Shown here one piece after another: positions 17,113 to 26,246 of a stretch of DNA of 64,000 bases. A model generated the notes under the pieces. That model was not told the origin of the DNA and searched no databases. It saw only the letters and a list, made by a program, of their open reading frames with translations. The stretch is taken from NCBI GenBank assembly GCA_963734545.1, contig CAVTHO010000005.1:198886-262885 (forward strand), in the 5' to 3' direction. How positions within the stretch are numbered: the stretch's first letter is position 1; each line of letters begins with the position of its first letter. A program made the position numbers and the translations under genes. This DNA is from an uncultured Spirochaetota bacterium. GTDB lineage: Bacteria; Spirochaetota; Spirochaetia; SZUA-6; Fen-1364.

Positions 17113-18078
17113 AAGAGATGGCGGGTCTCCGACAGTGGGTGGCGGCGCGGCGCGGCGGCTTCTCCATGAAGAAATACGGCCTGATGATCGGATTCATCTT
17201 CATGGGGATAGTCATTTCGATCATCACCCCCAACTTCCTCACTCCCACCAACCTCCTGAACATTTTGCGTCAGAGCTCGATCGTGGGCGTCATGGCGATC
17301 GGCACGGCGTTCGTCATCATTGGCGGCGGCTTCGACATTTCGGTCGGCTCCCTGCTGGCCCTTGCCGCCGCGATGAGCCTCAAGCTCCAGCAGTCCATGC
17401 CGTGGTACATCGTCATCGTCGTCGTGCTCGCCGTCGGCGGCCTGGCAGGACTGCTGAACGGCGTGCTGACCGCAAAGGTCCACATCGTGGCCATCATCAC
17501 GACCCTCGGGACCATGACGATCCTGCGCGGCCTCACCTACCTGTACACGGGCGGTTATCCGATCACCGGATCCTCCACGGAGTTCCAGTTCATCGGCTCG
17601 GGATACATCGGGCCCATCCCCTTCCCGATCATCATCTTCCTCGCCATGGTGATCCTCTGGCAGTTCATCCTCAAGAAGACCACCCTCGGCAGATATGCCT
17701 GCGCGGTGGGCGGCAACAAGGAGGCGACCCGACTCTCAGGCGTTCCCGTGGACTTCTACCACATCATGACCTTTGTCATCGGCGGGATCATGGCCGCAAT
17801 GTCCGGGCATCATCTATGCGGCGCGCCTGAACGCGGCGACTCCCCTTGCAGGGCAGGGCTACGAGCTCGACGCCATTGCCTCCTGCGTCATCGGCGGCAC
17901 GAGCGTCTCAGGCGGCGAAGGGAGCATCGTGGGAATCCTGATCGGCGTGCTCCTGCTGAATATCGTCAACAACATGTTCAACCTGCTCGGGATCCAGGTC
18001 TACATCCAGTACCTCGTAAAGGGAGTCATCATCCTGACCGTGGTGGGGTTCGACTCCTACTCGCGCTACAAGCAATAG
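17109..18078 (+). CDS. Sugar ABC transporter permease (RbsC-like), one frame break at about 17802-17811
   Basis: ORF 17109 (..GGFDISVGS.., RYACAVGGNKEATRLSGV, IGGIMAAMSG) continues in ORF 17773 (IIYAARLNAATPLAGQGYELDAIASCVIGGTSVSGGEGS...) after removing one nt at TCC GGG [C] ATC. Confidence 0.8.
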
Positions 18079-18179
18079 GCCGGGACAGCTTCGCGGGCGC
18101 TGTCGTTGGTCAGATAACCATCACGATTGACCATTTTTTGCTATTTTTATGTCCTTATTATTGACAAAATGACGTTTTA

Positions 18180-20027
18180 ATGAGATTTAAGACGATGCAG
18201 TCCACATTCTCACCTCTATCGGCGAAGAAGCCTTTCGCACTTGACGACGTGAGGGAGCCGGAGCTCTTCAGGGACCAGTTCCCCTACACGGAGATCCCTC
18301 GAATCCTCTTCGACGGGACCGACGTGCATCCCCACCCCGCAAAAGAGATCTGGATAACGGACACCACTTTTCGAGACGGCCAGCAGGCCCGGCCGCCCTA
18401 CACGCCGGACCAGATTGCCGCCATCTTCCATTTCCTGCACAGGCTGGGCGGGCCGAAGGGTGTCATCAGGCAGAGCGAGTTCTTCCTCTACTCGCGGCGC
18501 GACGCGCAGGCGGTGGATGCCTGTCTCGCCCTGCGGCACGAGTTTCCCGAGATCACCGGATGGATACGCGCAGACGCCAGGGACCTTGCCATTGTAAAGA
18601 ACTTCGGACTGAAAGAGACGGGCATTCTCACCTCGGTTTCCGACTACCACATCTTTCTCAAGCTCAAGTCCACGCGGGCGAAGATACTGGACGAATACCT
18701 GGGAATCGTGAAGTCGGCCCTGGATGCCGGCATCACGCCGCGCTGTCATTTCGAGGATATCACCCGGGCCGACATCCACGGATTCTGCCTGCCTTTCGCG
18801 GAAAAGCTCCTCGCGTTGATGCAGGAGGCGAAGACCCGCATCAAGATACGCCTCTGCGACACCATGGGTTTCGGCGTGACATACCCCGGGGCAGCGCTGC
18901 CCCGGAGCGTGCCCCGCCTGGTCCATTCGTTCACCACGGAGCTGGGCTACCCCGGAACGCTTCTGGAGTGGCACGGCCACAACGATTTCCACAAGGTGCA
19001 CGTCAATGCAGTCACCGCGTGGCTGTACGGCTGCTCGGCTCTCAACTCGACGGTGCTGGGGTTCGGAGAGCGCACCGGCAACCCTCCCCTGGAAGCGGCC
19101 GTGGTGGAGTACATCGGACTGAGGGGCACGAATGACGGCATGGACCCGCGCGTCATCACCGAGATGGCGGATTATTTCAGAAACGAGATCCGGGCTCCCA
19201 TTCCGTCGAACTACCCGTTCGTGGGAAGCGAGTTCAATGTGACCCGGGCGGGCATCCACGCCGACGGCATGCTCAAGAATCCCGAGATCTACAACATCTT
19301 CGATACGGAGAAGATCCTGCGGCGGCCGCTTCGGGTCATGGTCACGGACAAGTCCGGCATGGCGGGAATCGCCCAATGGATCAATGAGAACATTCCCTCG
19401 ATCACGGGCCGCGCTTTCGAGCAGGTGGGAAAGCGGCACCCGGGCGTCCGCCACATCGCCGCGTGGGTTGCGGAGCAGTACATGCAGGGCCGCACCACGA
19501 GCATCTCTTCGGATGAGCTGGTGGCGCACGCCAAACATTTCCTGCCCTCGCTTTTCGTATCCGACTTCCAGAAGGCAAAGGAGGCGGCAATCGAGAAGGC
19601 GCGGCACATCGCGGAGCATATCTCCGCCTCGCCGGACGTGCGTTCCCTGGATCCCGCCCGGATGGAGAGCTTCCTGCACGAGGTAGTGAGCCGTGAGGCG
19701 TCCATTCAGCTCCTGGCCGTCACCAACCGGGAGGGCAGGCGGATCTCCCAGGCCTACACGCAGCGCGGGGAGAAAGGCATGTTCCGCAATCTGATGAACA
19801 AGGACTTCCGGAAGCACGACTGGTTCGTCGCGGTGCTCAGGTCCGCCGAGCCGTACTACTCCGACCTCTTCTTCTCGAAGTACACGGGAAAGCTCATCAT
19901 GACCGCCGCCATGCCCATCCTCGACATCGAGGGCGGCATGTACGCGGTCATGGATATCGATTTTCGCTTCGATGAGCTGGTGAAGCTGATCAACCCCATT
20001 CCGGATGAGATCATGGAAACGGGATAG
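18180..20027 (+). CDS. HMGL-like (DRE-TIM) acyl-CoA:2-oxoacid condensing enzyme (IPMS / homocitrate / Re-citrate synthase family) with a C-terminal Cache/PAS-like domain
   Basis: ITDTTFRDGQQ metal/substrate motif and EWHGHNDFH (HxH metal ligands), typical of this family. The last ~150 aa (LLAVTNREGRRISQAY...YYSDLFFSKYTGKLIMTAAMPILD..GGMYAVMDIDF) read like a Cache-type ligand-binding fold. Confidence 0.7.
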   Translation: MRFKTMQSTFSPLSAKKPFALDDVREPELFRDQFPYTEIPRILFDGTDVHPHPAKEIWITDTTFRDGQQARPPYTPDQIAAIFHFLHRLGGPKGVIRQSEFFLYSRRDAQAVDACLALRHEFPEITGWIRADARDLAIVKNFGLKETGILTSVSDYHIFLKLKSTRAKILDEYLGIVKSALDAGITPRCHFEDITRADIHGFCLPFAEKLLALMQEAKTRIKIRLCDTMGFGVTYPGAALPRSVPRLVHSFTTELGYPGTLLEWHGHNDFHKVHVNAVTAWLYGCSALNSTVLGFGERTGNPPLEAAVVEYIGLRGTNDGMDPRVITEMADYFRNEIRAPIPSNYPFVGSEFNVTRAGIHADGMLKNPEIYNIFDTEKILRRPLRVMVTDKSGMAGIAQWINENIPSITGRAFEQVGKRHPGVRHIAAWVAEQYMQGRTTSISSDELVAHAKHFLPSLFVSDFQKAKEAAIEKARHIAEHISASPDVRSLDPARMESFLHEVVSREASIQLLAVTNREGRRISQAYTQRGEKGMFRNLMNKDFRKHDWFVAVLRSAEPYYSDLFFSKYTGKLIMTAAMPILDIEGGMYAVMDIDFRFDELVKLINPIPDEIMETG

Positions 20028-20115
20028 CGTCCTTCCGTCGACGGGCGCGGATGAATGACTTATAGTACCCGATGGCCCGTGCCATCTCTTCTCATGAGGG
20101 GCTGAAGGAGCAATC

Positions 20116-21242
20116 GTGGGCGGAATAATCAGGCGGGAGCTCTTCCGCGCGCCCCTCTCGGGACGCAACAGGTTCCGGCGGACAATGCAGTTCCAGAGCG
20201 TGGACCGGGTGCCGCATTTCGAATTCGGCTACTGGAACGAGACTTACAAAGCGTGGCACGAACAGGGCCTGCCCCGCGAGGTGGACACCGAGCAGAAGGC
20301 CAACCGCTACTTCGGGTTCGACCGGTTCGAGCTCTGTCCGGTGAACGACTGGAACTGGCTCTGTCCCCCGTTCGAGGAGAAGGTGATCGAGGAGGATGAC
20401 CGGCACCGCACGATCATCGACAAGGACGGCGTGACGTGCGTCGTGAACAAGGACGGCTCGTCGTCGATTCCCGCACGTGCTCGACTACCCCCTGAAAGAC
20501 AGGGAAAGCTGGAACCGGATGAGGGAAAGGCTCGACCCCGGCAGCCCGGGCAGGTTCCCTCAGAACTGGGAGGAGCTGAAGGCGGGCTATCACAACCGGG
20601 ACTACCCCCTTGGCGTGCATGCGGGCAGCCTCCTCGGTTTTCTCCGCGACCTGATGGGGTTCGAAAACATCGCCATCGCCTTCTATGACATGCCCGACCT
20701 CATGACGGAGATGATCGACTACATGGTCGATTTCAACATCGCCGTTCTGTCGAAGCTCGTTCCCGACATCGATTTCGACTACGCCAACGGCTGGGAAGAC
20801 ATCGCCTTCAGGAACGGGCCGATCATCGGGCCGGACATGTTCCGCCAGTTCCTGCAGCCGGGCTACAGGAGGATCGCCTGCATACCTGCGCAGCCGCGGC
20901 GTCAACGTGATCTTTACCGATTGCGACGGTGATATCACCCCGATCGTCGACATCTGGATCGAAGCCGGCTTCACCTGCCAGTTCCCCATCGAGGTCGCGG
21001 CAGGCACCGATCCCCTGGCCCTTCGCGCGCGCTTCGGCGAGCGCGTGCTCCTGATCGGCGGAGTGAACAAGCGCGCCCTGATTGCCGGGAAAGACGCGAT
21101 CGACAGGGAAATGGAGCGCCTGGCGCCTCTCGTCGCCCAGGGTGGGTTCATCCCCCACGTCGATCACCGCTGCCCGCCCGACGTCACCTTCGAGAATTAT
21201 CATTATTATCTGGACGCAAAGAAGCGGATCCTCGGGTTCTGA
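20116..21242 (+). CDS. Uroporphyrinogen decarboxylase (URO-D)-family protein, two frame breaks (about 20469-20474 and 20875-20882)
   Basis: Three ORFs (20116, 20477, 20907) concatenate into one URO-D-like protein (..VDRVPHFEFGYW.., GFENIAIAFYD, FRNGPIIGPDMFRQF, VNVIFTDCDGDITPIVDIWIEAG, GGFIPHVDHRCPPDV). GTG start after GAAGGAG. Confidence 0.7.
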
Positions 21243-21254
21243 AAGGAGCGAGTG

Positions 21255-22005
21255 ATGAAACTGGCGGGAAACACCGTCCTGATCACCGGCGGGGCCACCG
21301 GCATCGGATTCGTCCTGGCAGAGGCCTTTCTGAAGGAAGGCAGCATCGTGCTCGTGTGCGGCCGCAGAGAGGACAGGCTGGCGGAGGCCAAGAAACGCCA
21401 CCCGGCCCTGCACACCCGGGTGAGCGATATCACCCGGGAAGAGGATCGCCGGACGCTGGGTGACTGGGCGATCTCTCACAACGTGAACATTCTGATCAAC
21501 AACGCGGGCATGCAGCGTGAAGTGGATTTCACGCGCGGGCTGCCGTCCCTTGACGAGGGGGACAACGAGATCCGGTGCAACCTGGAGGGCCCGCTGTATC
21601 TGACCGCTCTTCTTCTGCCTCACCTGCAGAGCCGGCAGAATGCGGCGATCGTCAACGTTTCTTCCGGATTGGGGTTCATCCCCATCGCCCGCATGCCCGG
21701 TCTATTGCGCCACCAAGGCGGCCCTTCACTCGTTCACCGTTTCCCTGCGCCACCAGCTCGCGGGCAAAGGCGTCAATGTCTTCGAGGTCATACCGCCCAC
21801 CGTGGATACCGAGCTCGACAGGGGAGCGCGGGCGAGGCGGGGACAGACAGACCGGGGCATACCGGCACAGGACGTGGCGGACGCGGTCATGAAAGGCATG
21901 AAGGAGGACCAGCTGGAAATTGCGGTGGGAATGGCCGCAAACCTCGTGGCAGGATCACGGGCCAATTTCGACCAGATATTCAAGAACATGAACGCGGGGC
22001 GGTAG
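21255..22005 (+). CDS. Short-chain dehydrogenase/reductase (SDR), one frame break at about 21696-21702
   Basis: TGGATGIG cofactor motif, NNAG, and catalytic YCATKAA reached after removing one G at ATG CCC G GTC. RBS AAAGGAG. The 391-aa ORF-track reading is a read-through of the wrong frame. Confidence 0.8.
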
Positions 22006-22013
22006 CGGTCCGC

Positions 22014-23597
22014 TCAGCCTGTTCTCTTCTTCTCCTTGAGGTCGTCCTTGTTCAGGATGAGGATATTGCCCGCGTCGTCCTGCACGTACACCTCGGTACC
22101 CGACACCACGATGTAGGTGGAGGCATCCACTTTTCGCTCCGACTGCGCCTGGAGCACGGCGGTTGCGTCAAACCTTCCGAGGTAGGCGCCCTGACCCGAG
22201 TCGATGACGGCATACACCGAGGGTTCCGATGCGGCCAGATAGGTGGTCGGAACGAGATTGTCCTTGCCTTCCTGGCGGACGGCGAGCGTCGTCGGGTCGA
22301 GCGTGACCAGCCGGACGGCACCATTGCGGTCCGGGCGTCCGGCGGCAACGACGAGCGAGCCCCCGACGGTGACGTACAAGCGGCCGCGCACCGAATTGAG
22401 GTCCGACTGGGTGAGGAGCTTTCCTGATACCCGGTCGATCAGAACGAGCTTGCCGAAGTGCTCGGGGGATTCTGCAACGGCATAGATGAACAGCACCTGC
22501 CCCGGCGCGGCGGGCTGCACGGCGGCAGCCGGCTGGGCTGCCTCCTGCTGCTTCTGCTGGATCAGGGCCTGCTCGTCCGCGGCGATCTTGGCCCGCTGGT
22601 CCTGCACCGCCTTCTGGCTCGCATCAAGCTGCTGCTGCTGGGCGGCCGCGGTCTGCTCCTTCTGCTGGATCTTCTGCTGCTGAGCCTGCACCGCCTGCTC
22701 CTGCTTCTGAACTTCCGCCTGCGCGGCAGCGGCAGCCTGTTTCTGCTCAGCGGTCGCTCCCGGGGCGGACGCCGCGGCCTGGGCCTGCGCCGCGGCCTGC
22801 TTGCTCTGCTCGAGGGCCTGCGTCTGCTCCTGCAGCTTCTGCTTTTCCTGCTGGATCTTCTCCTGCTGACCGGCCACCTGCTGCTGCCCCTGCTCGATGC
22901 CTTTCTGCTGGAGCTCGGTGAGGTCTTTCCTTTCCGGCAGGGCCTTGCCGGGCTGGGTCTGGAGGTTTTCGATCACCTTGGGCGCCGCGAGCTGACCCGC
23001 CCCGACAGCGCTGAGGCTGCCTTTCTGCGCGCCGCTGGAGAGCGGTATCACCATGCGGGTCTTGCCGGGCCAGTCGGTATACTTCGTGCCGATTCCCGCA
23101 TTGTCGGAAGAAAGATACCCCATCACCACGCTCTTGTAGACCGAGCCGAGGTACTTCATATCCCCGCGGAACACGGCGTTGTAGTATACGACGAACCGGG
23201 CGAGCACCATCGCGTCCGCCTGCGAATATGCGTAAGCAGCCTGCAGGTACCCGCCCACCGCGCGCATGATGTTGACCACGTCATCCACTTCGGCGCTTGC
23301 TTCGATGACAAAGATATCGGCATCGAAACGGGTACCTTCGCCGGCCCCGATGGCGTGAATAACGCGGTATTTGCCGGCATAGGTGAACTCAGCCGTCTTG
23401 TCTCCGACATTCCGTCCGAGCGCCCTGCCGATCCCGAATATCTCGTCCAGAGTGTCGATTCTGCTGTGCGGCCCGACATAGTTGGTGAAAATGATGTTGG
23501 CGCCCTGGCCCTTGTTGAGCTCGTCCCTGTCGACCTGCAGCCCGTACGCCAGCATGCCCGCAAGCAGCAAAAGGAGCGCGGTGAATCCCTTTTTCAT
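22014..23597 (-). CDS. Secreted P83/100-family protein with a central Gln/Ala-rich coiled-coil region
   Basis: Signal peptide MKKGFTALLLLLAGMLAYG. The N-terminal block (VDRDEL..FTNYVGP..GIGRAL..YYNAVFRGD..DNAGIG..WPGKTRMVIPL) and C-terminal block match my recollection of Borrelia P83/100. About 150 aa of Q/A/E/K low complexity lies in the middle. Confidence 0.6.
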   Translation of the reverse strand: MKKGFTALLLLLAGMLAYGLQVDRDELNKGQGANIIFTNYVGPHSRIDTLDEIFGIGRALGRNVGDKTAEFTYAGKYRVIHAIGAGEGTRFDADIFVIEASAEVDDVVNIMRAVGGYLQAAYAYSQADAMVLARFVVYYNAVFRGDMKYLGSVYKSVVMGYLSSDNAGIGTKYTDWPGKTRMVIPLSSGAQKGSLSAVGAGQLAAPKVIENLQTQPGKALPERKDLTELQQKGIEQGQQQVAGQQEKIQQEKQKLQEQTQALEQSKQAAAQAQAAASAPGATAEQKQAAAAAQAEVQKQEQAVQAQQQKIQQKEQTAAAQQQQLDASQKAVQDQRAKIAADEQALIQQKQQEAAQPAAAVQPAAPGQVLFIYAVAESPEHFGKLVLIDRVSGKLLTQSDLNSVRGRLYVTVGGSLVVAAGRPDRNGAVRLVTLDPTTLAVRQEGKDNLVPTTYLAASEPSVYAVIDSGQGAYLGRFDATAVLQAQSERKVDASTYIVVSGTEVYVQDDAGNILILNKDDLKEKKRTG

Positions 23598-23625
23598 CGG
23601 TCACTCTCCCTTTTTCGAGTATATC

Positions 23626-25424
23626 CTAGTTGTGATCCTTTCGCAGTACGGTCAGGGCCCGCGAGCGGATCTGCTGCGGGAAATCCCCTCGAGAGATGGC
23701 AAGGAGGGCGGCAATGGCCGCCGGCTCGTCCGTCTCCCCTTCGTACGCGCCGATGCGCTCGAACGCATTGAGCGCCGCGGAGGCGACCCGGTCATCCGGC
23801 GGGGACGTTCCCGCACGGGAGAGGGCCGCCGCAATGGCGCGCGAGGAGGCTCCGTCGGAGTCGCTCGCAAGGGAGCCCAGCGCCTCGATTTCGGCGGAAA
23901 GAGCGATGGAGTCGTACTCGCTGGCGATGACCTGGATCAGCGCCTGTCGGGACCGGGTCGACCCGACCAGGCCGAGGAGCCGCGCAGCCTCGGTGCGCAC
24001 GTCGGGGAAGCTGTTGATCACCTTCATGTTGCGATAGACCGGATTGAGAAGACCCTCACCGCTGAAGTGCTCCAGCAATCTCGCAACATACCAGGTGCTC
24101 TTGCCGATGGAGTGATCGTCGATGCGCTCGCGAATTCGCGCAAGGAGCAGCAGGAGGGTGTCCCGATTGTCCACCGCCGCCAGGCTCTGCAGGAAGAGAT
24201 AGTCGGGAATGCTGCTGAGAAGAGCCTCATTTCCGCCGGGCGGTCCTGCGTCCGTCCTTCCCGAGTGGGCTTCGTCGTGTCCCTCCTGCGGCCAGGCGTC
24301 CCGAGCAGCCGTCGTCCCGCGTGCCACCGTGACGGGGTACGTGCCACCGAATCGGGGACTTCCGCATCGTCGGCCGATTTTGCGCCGGCGGGACGCGGGG
24401 CGCCGATTGCATAGAGGATCCAATCGCGGCCGCCCACATAGAGGGTGCCATCGCGGCCCCGCACCATCGAGCCGAAAGTCCCGACGGGAAACGAGCCGGT
24501 TCCCGGACGCGCGGGATCGATCAGGAGGAGGGTTCCGTCGGTGGCGAACTCGTACAGGGGAGGGCTGCCCAGCAGGGGAGCTGCTTCCACGCGCTTTCCC
24601 GCGGTGATCTTCCACACCTGCCTGCCTTTTTCCGACAGCCCGACTACCTGACCATTCGAAGCAGCGGCAACAATCCGGCCGTCACCCGCCGACACCCCTG
24701 CAACGCGCGTGCCGATGGAATACCGCCATGCGATGTCTCCGCCCGGATTGACCGCTATCACGAATCCCTCGACAGTCCCCACGAGCACCCTGCCCCCTGG
24801 CGCAAGCGCGAGCGCAGTCGGCACGGCGCCGAGCGGCAGCGACCATTTGAAGTCGCCCCACGGGGTGAGCGCGTAGAGCCGCTGGTCCGCGGCAACGAGG
24901 TAGATCGTTCCCGCCCCGTCCACGGCCGGTGCGCGCGCGATTGCCCCGGGGAGGGTGATTGTCCATTGCGGGCGTCCGAGGTGGGACAACGCGACGAGTG
25001 TTCCCGCGGCTGTGCCGACATACACGGTTCCATCTGCGGCGACCGCCGGGTCCCCCGCGGGGCGCCCGTCCAGACGAATGCGCCACAAGGGGCGCCCGGA
25101 GGGATTGATTGCCACGAAATCACTGTTCTTCAGACCCGCGTAGATGCTCCCGTCACCGCCGAGCGCGAGGCAATCCCACGGGAGCCACCCGAGATCGCAC
25201 TTCCACTGGAGAATTCCGGCGGGGTCCCACGCGTAGAGGAAGCCGTCCTCCGAGGCCGCGTAGATTGTCCCCTGCGCCGCCACCGCGGGCCTGCTGCGGA
25301 TCTGCCCACCCGTCGCATATCGCCACAGAATGCCGAGCGCCGGGGAATGAATCGCTTCAGGCTCTGGCAGGGCGGGTGCGCACAGTGAGACGGCGAGGAC
25401 GAGAAGCGCGAGCCTCAGTTTCAT
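23626..25424 (-). CDS. Secreted PQQ-like beta-propeller protein fused to C-terminal HEAT/ARM-like repeats (frame break at about 24341-24352)
   Basis: Signal peptide MKLRLALLVLAVSLCAP. It has repeated ...G.IYA...DG.LYA... beta-propeller blades (ORF 24024-25460 frame). After AEVPDS the sequence continues in ORF 23626-24615 as helical repeats (LLNPVYRNMKVINSFPDVRTEAARLLG...). It could alternatively be two genes. Confidence 0.6.
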
Positions 25425-25596
25425 CCCAGATGAACCTACTACGCGGGGCCGGTTTCGCAAAGCTGTCGTTCGGCGGGAGCCGCCTCATTGGCCGTCGTGC
25501 GCTCCAATGTTCCTTGCCTCGCTGTCCGGACAGGGTTATTTTTGTTGAAACGTATCTATTCAGAGCTGCTTCGACAGCAGCCGCAAGGAGGCAGAA

Positions 25597-26178
25597 ATGT
25601 TCATAGACTATTTGACCCTGATGCTGATCAATCTTGCCGCGGGTCTCTTCATCATGGCGGTGTTCGTATTCTGGTTCTTGAACGGGGACCGCAAGAAGGT
25701 GGCGCCGGGCCTGCTGGTGAGCGGATTCGTCGCGCTCGTCACGGGGCTGCACGAGATATTCACCTGGCCGATCGTCAGCAGCTACAACATCCCCTTCGGC
25801 GAGATGTCGGTGTTCTTCGGAGTTCTCTTCTTTGCCACGGGGATCGCGATCCTGAGGGACTGGGATCTTCTCAGCCTCGGAGTATATGCGGTGTTTGCCG
25901 GTGCCGCGTCCATTGTCCTGGGCATCAGGATCTTTTCCCTCAAGATGACGAGCGAGCCGCTGGTGTCAATGGCGGGCTTCGTCCTTACCGGCCTCCTTGC
26001 CATGCTCGCGCTGCCGGCGTATGTGCTGCGCAAGAACCTTGTCGTGCGCATCCTCGCCTCTCTGGGCCTCGTGGGCGCATCCGCCATCTGGGCCTTTCTC
26101 GGCTATCTCGCCTACTGGGCGCACCTTGCGAACTTCTCCAAGTGGGTGCCCACTGTCATGCAGGCGGCACCGAAATAG
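25597..26178 (+). CDS. Small integral membrane protein (about 6 TM), function unknown
   Basis: RBS AAGGAGG 7 nt upstream. Six hydrophobic helices. It may be DUF981-like, but I cannot verify the family. Confidence 0.55.
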   Translation: MFIDYLTLMLINLAAGLFIMAVFVFWFLNGDRKKVAPGLLVSGFVALVTGLHEIFTWPIVSSYNIPFGEMSVFFGVLFFATGIAILRDWDLLSLGVYAVFAGAASIVLGIRIFSLKMTSEPLVSMAGFVLTGLLAMLALPAYVLRKNLVVRILASLGLVGASAIWAFLGYLAYWAHLANFSKWVPTVMQAAPK

Positions 26179-26246
26179 AGCTTCGCCCGGTCCTGCCCCA
26201 CGCGTGCGCTTGACGGGGCAGGGCCGGGTCTGTTTCCCTCTCTTCA

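Noticed and set aside
17802-17811. Programmed ribosomal frameshifting or transcriptional slippage at TCCGGGCATC
   Set aside because: The window has about 25 breaks of both signs in many different contexts. None has a classical slippery heptamer or downstream stimulatory structure. The affected genes (permease, fhs, pyr genes, SDR) are not known to use recoding. Consensus error is the simpler explanation.
18216-20168. 650-aa ORF on the minus strand
   Set aside because: It is entirely antisense to the well-supported HMGL-type gene. Its composition is dominated by Arg/Gly/Pro/His/Leu with no motifs. This is the typical stop-poor shadow frame of GC-rich DNA.
21252-22427. 391-aa reading of the SDR ORF extending to 22427
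   Set aside because: After residue ~148 the translation loses all SDR similarity. The catalytic YCATK and the rest of the fold are in ORF 21640-22005, reached by a 1-nt correction. The extension also overlaps the convergent P83/100 gene.
22458-23771. 437-aa Leu-rich ORF on the plus strand
   Set aside because: It is the reverse complement of the Gln/Ala-rich (CAG/GCN) region of the P83/100 gene, so CTG/Leu runs are expected. It has no start context.
25522-25545. Perfect 12-nt palindrome CTGTCCGGACAG followed by a T-run, considered as an intrinsic terminator
   Set aside because: No co-oriented gene ends upstream of it, because the neighbouring gene at 25424 is divergent, and the stem has no loop. 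It is more likely an operator-like site in the promoter region of the 25597 gene, but the support is too weak to call.
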